Below, one piece after another: positions 14,161 to 26,700 of a stretch of DNA of 64,000 nt. Source of the DNA: the human T2T-CHM13v2.0 reference genome, Homo sapiens; the NCBI RefSeq assembly GCF_009914755.1, contig NC_060929.1. One strand, written 5' to 3'. Made by a program: the position numbers and the translations under genes. Each line of letters opens with the position of its first letter. The first letter of the stretch is position 1. The notes beneath the pieces are model-generated. The model made no database searches, had not been told where the DNA came from, and saw only the letters and a list, made by a program, of their open reading frames with translations.

Positions 14161-14714
14161 TCATAAAAAACCTATTGTCTGCAATTAAGGTCCATGTAGT
14201 AAGTTTCTTCTACGGAAAGAAAAAAGGTTTGTTCCTCAGAAGAATTTTTCTGCTTCCTACTTGAATAAGAACTGTAAAAACCCCAAATTTTCACTGTTTC
14301 TTGGCTATCAAGAAGGTTGGACCAAAGCTGACCTCCTTATCCTAATAATTAGTGCATGCTTGGCACGTACTTTTCATCTGTTTGTCTGATCTTCTGAATT
14401 GATTCTTGTTCTACTCTTTAATTACCTTGGATCTTCATGTTTTAATACCATAGGATGCTTCAAATCTATTCTATAAATAGGTGAGATTGGAAACAATGAG
14501 TAAATATTTATCGGATCATTATTTTTCCAATGTTAAGTGTTTTAATCAGTGTAGTATGTTTATGATTTTTGAAACTCTATTTTTCATGATATCTTGAGTT
14601 ATTAAACATGATTCCACTAAAAGCATTTGAATATTTTATCTGGCCCAAATTCTGATATATGTACAAATGTTCACACATTATAGGCAAGATTACATATAAA
14701 AGAATGGCATACAA

Positions 14715-15164
14715 TGTATCAGTATTGCTGTGGAACAAACCATTCCAGCTTAGTGGTTTAAAACAACAATCACCTTATTAACTCAAGAATTCAGTGGGTT
14801 GGCAATTTGGGGCGGATTCAGCCAGTCAGTTCTGCTGATTCAGTCACTCGTGCAGCTGCAGTCCTTCCGCTTTTCAGGTGGGGCAGGATGGCCTAGGAAG
14901 GCCTCACTCCCTTATGTTGATGCTGGCTATCATCTTGGCCACAGGTCTCCAGCAGGCTAGCCAGGGCTTCTTTGCACAAAAGCTGGGTTCCAAAAGCAGC
15001 AAGAGAAACAGAGCTCCTGTGCTAAAGTGCCCTTGAAAGCTCTGCTTGCAACACTTTGCTAATACAGGTCAAAGGAAATCACATGGCCAAGCTCAGAGTC
15101 AGAGTGGGACAATGATACAGGTAGGCTGGATTAACTGGAAGCTATTACTGTAATAATTTACTAC
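14715..15164 (-). mobile_element. Old MLT1 (F/G/H-like) LTR
   Basis: TGTATCAG..TTGCTG..GAACAAACC..CTTAGTGGTTTAAAACAAC; AAATCACATGGCCAAGCTCAGAGTCAGAGTGGG; ends ATTTACTACA. Confidence 0.75.
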
Positions 15165-15333
15165 AGAAGATAATAAATTAATTAAAATAATCTTTCTTCT
15201 CAGTTTTCAAAATACAATTGAAGTTACTGTTTTTGACCAAATAATAGGCAGTCTCTGGAAAGCAATTGTGGTTTAATACAACCTCTAAGTTCCATTGCTC
15301 TTCAAGGATCTCGATTTACTGTTGCCTGATGGC

Positions 15334-15334
<1 letters not shown>

Positions 15335-15364
<30 letters not shown>
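15335..15364 (+). repeat. poly(A)30 tract
   Basis: Direct count; no attached Alu or L1 seen. Confidence 0.95.
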
Positions 15365-15366
<2 letters not shown>

Positions 15367-15750
15367 CCTTCTTTTTCCAGATCAGAAAAAAAAAAGGTCA
15401 GATTCAGATACTGAGGTATGTGAAAATCAGTATTTCACTAGATCAGGCATAGTTCCAATACCAGTATAAAGAAACAAATCTGAAAGAAAAGAAATTATGT
15501 TTGCAAAACAAATATGGAGACAGATTCTATAACTCTGGAAAGATATAGTAGATAATAAGAATACATATTCTCAACTTTTCAGTCAGGGACCATAATATCA
15601 ACAAATCACAAAGAAAGAAAGAAAAATATACACTATGGTGGTGAATTGAGAATATTAATGATAACTATGACTTATTGTTTATAACCTGAATCCAAAAAGT
15701 CCTATAAAATAAACAAGTTTTCAAGTTGAATGAAATATCATTAGCTTTAG

Positions 15751-16169
15751 TGTGATGGTTGATACTGAGTGTCAACTTGATTGGACTGAAGGATGCAAAG
15801 TATTGTTCCCAGGTGTATCTGTGAGGGTGCTGGCAAAGGAGATTAACATTTGAGTCAGTGGGCTGGGGAAGGCAGACAATCTGATCAGCTGCCATCGAAT
15901 ATAAAGCAGGCAGAAAAACGTGAAGAAGCAAGACTGGCCTAGCCTCCCAGCCTACATCTTTCTCCCGTGTTGGATGCTTCCTGCCCTCAAACATCATTCT
16001 CCAAGTTCTTCAGTTTTGAGACTCGGACTGGCTCTCCATGCTCCTCAAGCTTGCAGACAACCTATTGTGGGACATTGTGTTTGTGTAAGTTAATACTTAA
16101 TAAACTCCCCTTTATATATATGTGTCTGTCCTATTAGTTCTGTCCCTCTAGGGAACCCTGACTAATGCA
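15751..16169 (+). mobile_element. MLT2A1-like (HERVL) solo LTR
   Basis: TGTGATGGTTGATACTGAGTGTCAACTTGATTGGACTGAAGGATGCAAAGTATTG...CCTATTAGTTCTGTCCCTCTAGGGAACCCTGACTAATGCA. Confidence 0.92.
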
Positions 16170-16779
16170 GTAAGCATAATAGTATTTTGGTTCAATAAAC
16201 TGAAAACAACTACAGTAAAAACTGGTTTATTGTTCCAAATCAGTTCATTAAACATTATACATTTCAGAGAATCACAAGCAAATGTATTGAAAGCCAACTC
16301 TGGCATCCACTTGGAAGCTTACAATTAGAGTAGATTTCAATATAATTGAAGTAGGTTTTAAAATCTGTCCCTAAACTACTTTATTATCCTCATCTCCTGC
16401 ATAGCATCAGCCTTCTACCTTCCCAGAACATTTAAGCACTTGCTTCTCCTCATGTACATGTCTTGGTAATCATTATTTCTAAGCCTTGGTATCCCTTCTC
16501 CCTCTCTTCAACCTTATCCACTGGTCTTATTTCTGAAGACCCAATGAAATATCACTCCTCTGTGAATCCTTCCCTAACACCCACAAGAAGAAATAACTTG
16601 CTCCTGTGTACTCCCCCAAAACATTTTACTTCCTTTGTCTTCCCAGACAATTCTTGTTATCCTTTGGGCTGGTCTCTTAAGCAAATGGCTCTATTCATTC
16701 AGGAAGGGTTCAGGCTTGGTATCTCTGATTTGTGATGAGATGTTAAGTTAAGCTATCTGCTCAATTATGTAAAAGATGA

Positions 16780-16950
16780 ATTGGGATGAAGAGGGAGAGG
16801 AGAAGGAAGATGGAAAACGGGAAGCTGGAGACAGAGATGAAGTGGCGAGGAAAAAAGTTGGGGACAGGGAAAATTCAAGGGGGAGGGAAGTGGGGAAGGG
16901 AGGAAATCTTTGCGGAAGGAAGTCAAGAAGAGAGAAGAGTGAGAGAAGAC
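16780..16950 (+). repeat. GA-rich low-complexity tract with a G4 motif
   Basis: Purine-rich; GGGGGAGGGAAGTGGGGAAGGG at 16879-16900. Confidence 0.8.
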
Positions 16951-16964
16951 GCTCTAGCTCACAA

Positions 16965-17170
16965 TAGAGTTTACAATGTGTCCGACTCTATGTTTTTAAT
17001 CTTTACAATAATTTTATATGTAAATACTATTAGTATCCCTATTTTACGGATGAAGAAACTGAGACAAGGAGATTTGTGTACCTGGTCCAGAATCTCACAA
17101 TTAGGAAGAGGCACAGCAAGAGCACTAACAGAGGTCTAGATGCCTTCAAGGCAGAGCAATAGTCACTACA
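16965..17170 (-). mobile_element. MIR
   Basis: Core CCTATTTTACGGATGAAGAAACTGAGAC. Confidence 0.8.
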
Positions 17171-17559
17171 TCTTCCTGCCTCACATTGATCTGCCTTTCA
17201 GTCAACAAAGAGTAACTTCAGACTCTTGCCTGGAACTATTTCCTGATCAATTTCATCAAGACTACAATGGAGAAAAATTATATTTTGTAAAGGTTATTTG
17301 TGAAGTATATGCCACCCACTCATCTAGACAGCCTAGGTTTAAAACCTCAACAATGAAAAGAATTACTAAGGTATTTCACTTATTCATTTTCAGCTTATAG
17401 CAGAAATTCTTTCCTGAATTCCTTCAGTGTGATGCCCCCTGCTTACCTTCAGCGATGTTATAAGCAACAGCCTTATGAAATCTAGTGCTGTATTTGTTGC
17501 TGGCTTGTAGCTTAGGACCTAGAGCCTCACTAGAGGAGGCAGGAAGCTTGCTTCGGGGG

Positions 17560-17790
17560 AAGTATAACCTAGTGATGAAGAGGATAGATTCCGCAATTGT
17601 TCAAGCACTGCTTCCAGTTGTTACTATGTATTATGTAAAGTTTATTGGATTCTCCAAGCCTCAGCATTGTCGTCAATAACACGATAGTCCCTGGCTCACA
17701 GAGTTGCTGTGAAGATTTATGAGAGAATGCTTGTAAAACACTTTGTACCATGCCTAGCACACAGTAAGTGCTCAATACATATCATCATTA
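17560..17790 (+). mobile_element. MIR
   Basis: AAGCCTCAG...CAGAGTTGCTGTGAAGATT...ATGCCTAGCACACAGTAAGTGCTCAATA. Confidence 0.8.
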
Positions 17791-18568
17791 AACAGTATCC
17801 CCCAAAACTAAAGTTGCATGCAATATCTTTCAGGTCTAGATTCTAGCAAAGATTTTGCCTCTCTTAAAGAGTTGACATCCTCTTATTTGCATGGACATTG
17901 AACTTCTCTTTTAGCTTTGGCCACTACTAAGATCAAAGACAAAATTTCACCTCAACTGTGGCACATTTGTGGAAATCTATTGCTTGTATGTAGATCTCTA
18001 GTCTAATATTGTTTTCCATTTCATCTATATTTTCCCTTATTCTGATTGTCTATTAGTATATACGTTATTGTAAGCTGCTTCAAATATTTGTGGAATAAAG
18101 CAAACATCATAAATGAATTAATAATTCTGCTTTTTTAATGTCTGCTCAATCACCAAAAAAGGCTGTTTCCCTAATGTGGGGAACATATTGATTCCCTGCA
18201 AAACCAAACTTGATGATTTGCAAGCAACATGTTCTTAGAAAACATTTACTGAGTACTATTCAATATTACTATTGAATAGTATGACTATTGAATTACAGGA
18301 AATATGATACTTAATAAAAGCCCTACAGAAAACACTGAAATTCCAGTTCTAGATAACAATCACGCAAATGTGTTTTCAGATTACTTCAAATTTTTTTTTC
18401 AATAGGAAGTGTTTTTCTCCCACTTTTGTTTTTCTGGTCATCTTTTACAGTAATTTCAAGTCATGCTCTTTTCTCATTCTCCCAGGAGAAGAACTGTGCT
18501 ATGTCTGCTACTGAACTCACTATGATTGTGTACCAAGATGCATTCATAGACTTTCCTGTGAGATGCAA

Positions 18569-18580
18569 CCCCCCCCCCCC
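18569..18580 (+). repeat. poly(C)12
   Basis: Direct count. Confidence 0.9.
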
Positions 18581-18599
18581 GACATTAAAATAATATGTG

Positions 18600-18750
18600 T
18601 TTTGGAGCTCGATGGGAATATATGAGCATTGAGACTAGCTGCGCCACTTTTTAGATGAGAAAACAAGGCCCAGAGAGCTTATGAAGATGGCAGCAGTGGA
18701 GCTGAATAAGAACACAGCCTTGTCAATCTCCATCCAGGTTTTTCTCACTA
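18600..18750 (-). mobile_element. MIR fragment
   Basis: TTTTAGATGAGAAAACAAGGCCCAGAGAG core. Confidence 0.6.
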
Positions 18751-20089
18751 TCCTCTCCTGTAACTTTCTAGAAGAGCAAGTGTCATAATGATGGAAACTA
18801 AATTAGTCGCATACACAAAGAATCATCTGTTCTTTCCGTTTAAGTTTCCTTTCTAAAATGCCTTATTATACAAACAGCAAACTATTTAAAGAGAGGTTTC
18901 CTGGAATGAGTGTTACTGGTCTGGAAGGGCCTCTGAAGAGTCCAGGAATAGGTCTGCTAACCAAAGGAATGACCCCCTCACAGAGACCACCACTGACTGC
19001 CATGTGAGCCGCCGTCCCTCCAGCTGCCCTCACTCCACCGGCTGCTCCCTCTCACATCCCTCTCTGGATTCCTTATCACAAGGTATTATTATCTTCTTTA
19101 TCTTTTCTTTGTGCATTTAGGGTGTTGTCACTGCCTCTAGTGTGCAAAGTACACCCTGCCCGTTAGCTGGATAGGCAATTTTTAACTAGTTGTAATGTAT
19201 GTGGACAATCTCATTATCAGTTATTTTCAATTAATTCTTTTTCTGATGTGTCGAATTTGTCACAGTCTTCATTTAGATCTGTTTCTCTATCTGTATATTA
19301 TACACACATACACACACACATTATAAGGTTGTCAGTGTGATCTTAAAATTAGAGTTTATATGTTCAAAATATTTAATATTTAGAACTTGTATAAAACATT
19401 TAGGGTTTTTTTTTCCTTTCAAATAGTCGTATTAGTTTAACATCAGCTAAGAAACATAATTATGATTGAACACATCCATCAAAAAAGTTAGATCTTCATG
19501 TTAAAGCCCAAAATAAAAACTCTAAGCATAGAAAATTAATGGATGCATGCTAATTGCCAGAAACATTTGCTGCTCAAAACAAAGAAAATAGAGCTGAATT
19601 ATATTATTCTTAATGTCTTTGTAATCTAGAAGGCTTTGTGAGAATATACCCAACATGAGGAAACAGGGTTAGAGATTTACAGATATTTGCATGCTTTTCT
19701 TTCCGGCAAATGCAAATTTCTTAAGGAAATAAAAAGATCTAAAAATTGCACCATGTCAAATGAAAATGAGTGCAGGTGAGAGCAAGATTTGCCTGTTGCA
19801 ATATCTTTGCCTCTCACTTAGGGAACAAGAGAGCTTCTTTTTTTACATTTTCCCCTTTTTTTCCAAAGCTATTTTAGCCAAAGGAATTTTTAAAAGGAGT
19901 CTCAAAATCAACCTTATTTTAAAAAGTTAATTTTAAAAAGATAAATTCTTGCTACTCACCAAAGGTTAATTTCTAGATCAAAGGTTTCTATTTTTAGTTA
20001 CATATCCAAGAACACATCTAACTCTAAACAACTGCAGATCCACAGAAGCTGTTTCCTTATGAACAATGTTAAGTGGTATTGGCCCCATT

Positions 20090-20205
20090 TGCCACTAAAC
20101 TGAGAGCTCCTTAAAAGTGAAAATTTTCCTTAATTTTTGTCTTATTATCTAGCCCACAGCCTGATGCATAGGGCTTAATAAATGGTTGAATAATAAATGA
20201 ATAAC
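20090..20205 (+). mobile_element. L2 3' end
   Basis: ACTAAACTGAGAGCTCCTT...GGGCTTAATAAATGGTTGAATAATAAATGAAT. Confidence 0.6.
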
Positions 20206-20901
20206 GGAATGGTAATCAACTTTAATATTTACAAGCTTTGCTTTAAAAATAAAATGATCCAGAGAAGAAACAGAAAAACATCAAAATCATTAAATTTAAA
20301 AGTGTAGCTTAAAGAGAACTTGATGGTCTCCCTGAGCTGCTCTTCCATGCTGGAATCCCCTCATCCAAAGCTAAACCCACTTTCATCTCAGCTTGACCTC
20401 TACCTTCCAATGACACTCATGCTTCCAATGCAGACAAGATTTGGAATTGCAGAAAAGGCATCTCATTTCTAGAGAGGATGGATAGGCTTTTGCCTCCAGG
20501 AAAGTAATCATTCACTCTCTCTTCAAAAAAATTTATATTTGCAAAAATGTGTTTTTTGCCATCTGTTTCATTGATTCTGGTCCTGTTTTCCACAGTGCCA
20601 GCTATCATTCATGTCCTCATCTGCAACCCGGGACTTTGCAGCAGGATATTGAAGGTGTTTAAGGCAATTAGTAACACGGGAAAAAATGCACACAATTGGT
20701 ACTTTTGTTACTTCTCTATAGTCCAGAAGAGACCTTAGGAGGACAGAAGGCATTTTCATCAAACAGCAAATTATTCTAAGCAGAAACTTTTAAAATAGAC
20801 TGGTATTTTGAAGATTTGAAAATTTTAAAGGGTAAAAGCATATTCTTTTCAGTCTCTCAAAAACTGCTGTCACAAAACTTTTGGGCTATTTTTTTGCTTT
20901 A

Positions 20902-21263
<362 letters not shown>

Positions 21264-21999
21264 CTAGAAAAGATTATGCATCCCTTCTATGATCACAGTT
21301 TCAGAATGAAGTGGTTTCTAATGGAGGAGGCATAAGACAAGTCCAAGAAACTTGGTGTATCTATCCTTATCAAGAATATCATCAGCTCACCTTCACGGTA
21401 GAGGAGTTTACCTATGCCATCTCTCTTTCCTAAAAACCTTAAAGACGGGGTTATACTGATTTGAAACTTTTTTCACTTCAGCTTACTCAGGCTTATTAAC
21501 TAAGAGTAAGATACATAACTTTTGACATTCAAGTAAAATCTCACTAATTTGGATTGTATAAATTTGGAATCTCTTATCAAAAGTTAACATTTGCTTTAGT
21601 TACAGACATTTAAAAGAATTTGATGAAGCAAATAAAATGTGTAAAATGATTGCCACGGGCGTATGCTGGTTACTCAAGACCACAGTTTGTTTTAAAAACA
21701 CTTCAGTAATCCACTAAATACCTACAGTTACTCTGCAGATTAAATCTGGAATATCTGCCTCTCAGCGTCTAGCCCTTGTGAACACAGCTGGGGTATTCTC
21801 TGACTCTGGCTCAATTTAGGTCACTGTTGTATGTGTGCAACAACATGAGAGTTTGGCTATTTTTTGAAGGCAAAGTCCTAGATAGTTTCATTGTGTTTTA
21901 CTTTTTGTTACCTGATACCGAAGTGTCAAAAGAATGCCTTCATGTCCCTGGATCTGATCATCACTGTTCTGCTCATCTTCATTGTCTTCTTGATTTCAT

Positions 22000-22090
22000 T
22001 TCTCTTTCTCCTTGCTCTCCCTACCCCATCTTTCTCTCTCCCTCCCTCCCTTCCTTCCTTTCTTCTATCCTACTTTTCTTTCTTTTTTTC
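22000..22090 (+). repeat. CT-rich pyrimidine tract
   Basis: (CCCT)/(CCTT)/(TTCT) runs. Confidence 0.8.
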
Positions 22091-23763
22091 TGGTGTGCCA
22101 GTGCTGGTTTTCACATAAAAACATAAAATATGTTTAGAGCAGGATTTTTATTAATGTAGTTCAGACACTTGTGTTAGGCAAATAGGCAATAAACTTCATG
22201 CTGCTCACTTTCTTAGAAAAGTTATTGGTAAAGACTTTAATAAAAACTATCTGAATAAGTATAATAAGCCTTTACTTACTACCAGTTTCCACTTTCAACA
22301 ATGACAAGTCATCTACTATATGCTTAAAAATGTTTTTCAAGAAGAGCTACTACAAATGAAAGGAGATAAAACTTCATTCCTTTCAAAAAACATTTCAAAA
22401 TTATTTCTTCATTGACTCAGATGAACTTGACATAAGAATTTTCCCCACTATTTCTTTTTATTATATAATTGTCTAATGTTTCTAATGCAGGTCTCATGAA
22501 GGCTATATGTAAAGTTAACTTCAATTATTAGGGATTTTAACAACACAGATTTTAGCTTGGTCATTGTCTCCAGAAAAAAACACCATGTAATTCTCCAAAT
22601 TGCCAAGTCTCCAGATAAGAAGAAGTGTGGCTTATGATACGTCTCTATTGTTTTTACTAATTTGAGCTGTCTGCCAAGAAATAAAGCTAACAGGAAACTT
22701 TTTACAATAGAACACGAGATTATAATTAGGAATCAAACATGAGATTTCTATATAAGGAACAACTCCCCAGCATGCTTGGAAATTTCTTTTCAGTTTAGGC
22801 CCTATGTCACATTTCCCTGCAGACATATGTGATCAAAGTCTTCAGTTCCCATAAAACCAAAAATCACGATTGTCTTTTCCATCATTATAGTCACTGTGGA
22901 TAAAGAAAGGAAATACAATACAAGCAGGGACTGGAAGAAAAAAGTCATGAAAAGCTAACCTTTAAATTAAACCTCTGTTGAATAAATTTTTAAGAACTTA
23001 ATAAAAACTGGTTTCCAAGTCAAAATTCACCATCTACGGGAATAGAATCAATGGGAATGAAAAGAGCTCACCGGCCTCTGACCAACAATTGCCCTGAATC
23101 TTTCACCTCCAACACAGCATAGATAGCATGAAACCTTGATTATCCACTAATAAATAAAATAATATTTTTAAAAGAAAAAGAGTAAGGGTATGGGAGGAGA
23201 TAAACTATGTAGCTAAAGTCATGGAGCAACTCGAGCCGGTGAACAAACAGCTAGTGCTTTAAATATGATGGACATGCAAGACAATTATAAACTATAAACA
23301 CCACTGTGCAAATAAAATATACTGTTTTTTTCATAACAAGAAAATTAAAATTCTAAAAGGAAAGACAGAATGGCCAAAAAGCAACAAGAATATGGGTTAC
23401 TAAGAAGCATCCACTTTCACTACACCAAAGACAGTTACCATGTATTATAGGCATTCCTCCTTCCACAGGACACCAGCCCACCATGAAGCCCTGCTCATCC
23501 TTGGTAGCAGAATACAGAAGAATGGCATGCAGCTCAGTTTATCTTTATTAAATTATTCATGGGAAACAGGCTTCTTTCTCACCAATAGGCTCATAGGTTT
23601 TAACAAAAATTTTTCCTATTCTTCAGGTCACAAATTAACCCAATTTGCTACAAACAACACATCTTGCTGTAAAGTTGTAAAATATACTGTTTTACATTCA
23701 TAAATAAAATTTCTAGGAGCCAGAAATGCAACTCCTCAGCTGATTTAAGCAGTGTTTAAATAG

Positions 23764-26700
23764 TTTATTTTTTGATTCAGAGAGTACATGTGCAGGTTTT
23801 TTACCCGGGTATATTGTGTGATTCCATGGTTTGGGGTACAGATGGTAGTAAGCATAGTACCCAATAGGCAGTTTTTCAGCCCATCTTCCCCTCCCTCCCT
23901 TCCTCCTCTAATAGTCACCAGTTTCTACCGTTTCCATCTTTGTGTCAATTTGTATTTAATTTTAGCTCCCACTTACATGTGAGTACCTGCGGCATTTGGT
24001 TTTCTGTTCCTGCATTAATTCACTTGGAATAATGGCCTCCAGCTGCATCCATGTTGCTGCAAAGGACATGATCTTGTTCTTTTTATGGCTGCATATTATT
24101 CCATGGAGTGTATGTACCATATTTTCTTTATCCAGTCCACTGTTGCTAGGCACCTAAGTTGATTCCATGTCTTTGTTTTTGTGACTAGCACAGTGATGAA
24201 CATAGAAGTGCATGTATCTTTTATGTAGAAAATTTATTTTTCTTTGGGTATATATTTAGTAATGGGATTGCTGGGTCAAATGGTAGTTCTGTTTGAAGTT
24301 CTTTGAGAAATCTCCAAACTGCATTCATTCCACAGTGACTGAACTAATTTGCATTCCTACGAACAGTGTCTAAGAGTTCCCTTTTCTCTGCAGCCTAACC
24401 AGCATCTACTATCTTTTGACTTTTTAATAAGTGTTATTCTGACTGGTGTGAGTTGGTATCTCACTGTGGTTTTGATTTGCATTTCTCTAATGATTAGTAA
24501 TGTTAAGCACTTTTTCATATATTTGTTGGCCGCTTGTATGTCTTCTTTTGAAAAGTATCTGTTCATGTCCTTTGCCCATTTTTTAATTGAATTATTTGGT
24601 TTTTGTTTGTGGATTTAAGTTCCTTGTAGACTCTGGATAACAGATCTTTGTCAGATGCATAGTTTATGAATATTTTCTTCCATTCCATAGGCTGTCTGCT
24701 TACTCTGTTGATAATTTCTTTGGGTGTGCAAATGCTGTTTAGTTTGTTTAGTTTCCACTTGTCAATTTTTGTTTTTGTTGCAGTTGCTTTTGGAGACTTA
24801 GCCATCAATTATTTTCCAAAGCCAGTGTTAAGAAGAGTATTTTCGGCTTTGTTTTTTACAGTTTGAGGTCTTACCCTTAAATGTTTAATCCATCTTGAGT
24901 TAGTTACTGTATATGGTGGAATGTAGGGGTTTTATGAGTCTAGTTTCATCCTTCTGCATAGGACTAACCAGTTATCCCAACGCCATTTATTAAATAGGGA
25001 ATCATTTCACCATTGCTCATTTTTGTCAGCTTTGTCAATGATCAGATGGTTGTACCTCTGTGACTTTATTTCTGAGTTCTCTACTCTGTTCCATTGGTCT
25101 GTGTATCTGTTTTTATAATAGTCCCATGCTGTTTTGGTTACTATAGCCTTGTAGTATAGTGGGAAGTTAGGTCACATAATGCCTTTGACATTGTTCTTCT
25201 TACTTAGGGTTATTTTGGATATTTTGGTTCCATATGAATTTTGGAATAGTTTTTTTCCTACTTCTGTGGAAAAAATGACGTTGATATTTTGATAGAGATG
25301 GCATTGAATCTATAAATTGCTTTGGGAAATATGGCCATTTTAATGATATTGATTCTTCTAATCCATGAGCATGGAATACTCTTCCATTTATTTGTGCCAT
25401 CTATGATTTCTTTCAGCAGTTTTATGGTTCTCCTTGTAGAGATCTATCACCTCCTTGTTTAGATGCATTCTTAGGTACTTCAATTTTTTGCAGCTATTTT
25501 AAATGGGATTGTGTTCTTGATTTGGCTCAGAGCTAGGATGTTATTGGTGTATAGAAATGTTACTGATTTTTGTATTTGATTTTGTATACTGAAAGTTTAC
25601 TGAAGTCATTTATCAGCTCCAGGAACATTTTGGTGCAGTCTTTTGGGGTTTTCTAGGTATAGAATTATATATTCAGCAGAGGGAGATACTTTGACTTCTT
25701 TTCCTATTTGGATGTCTTTTATTTCTTTCTCTTGCCTGATTGCACTGGCCAGGACTTCCAATACTATGTTGAATAGGAGTGGTGAAAGTGGGCATCCTTA
25801 TCTTGTTCTAGTTCTCAAGAGGAATGATTCCAACTTTTGCCTATTCAGTATGATGTTGACTGTGGGTTTGTCATGAATGGCTCTTATTATTTTGAGGTAT
25901 GTGTCTTCAATGCATAAGCTGTTGAGGGTTTTGAACATGAAGGGATATCAGATTTCATCAGTTTTTCCACATCTATTAAGATAATCATATGGGTTTTGTT
26001 TTTTATTCTGTTTATGTGGTGAATCACATTTATTGGTTTGCATATGTTGAACCAACCTTGCATCCCGGGAACACAGTATATTTGATCATGACTAATTAAC
26101 TTTTGATACGCTGCTGAATTCAGTTTGCTAGTATTTTGTTGGGAATTTTTGTGTCTATGTTCATCAGGGATATTTTCCTGAAGTTTTCTTTTTTCATGCA
26201 TCTCTGCCAGATTTTGATATCAGGATGATACTGGCTTCATAAAATCAGTTAGGGAGGAGCCTCTCCTGTTTCATTTTCTGGAATGGTTTCAGTGAGATTG
26301 GTTCCAGTTCTTCTTTGTATGTCTGGTAGAACTCTGCTGTTAATCCATCTGGTCCATGGCTTTTTTCTTTTTTTTTAATTACTGATTCAATTTCAGAGGT
26401 TGTTATTGGTCCGTTCAGATTTTCATTTTCTTTTGAATTTCATTTGAATCTTGGGAGATTATGTGTTTCCAAGAATGTATCCATTTCCTCAAGATTTTCT
26501 AAATTTGTGTGCACAGAGGTGTTCATAATAGTCTTTGTGGATCTTTTGTATTTCTGTAGGATCAGTTGTAATGCCACCTTTGTCATTTCTGATTGTGCTT
26601 ATTTGGATCCTTTTTTTCCTTTGTTAATCTAGCTAGTGTTCTATACATCTTGTTTATTCTTTCCAAGAACTAACTCTTGCTTTCATTGACATTTTGTAGT

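Noticed and set aside
18486-18557. Strong plus-strand acceptor with an open frame (EKNCAMSATELT...)
   Set aside because: Only a weak donor (CCT|GTGAGA) follows; not enough support to list separately.
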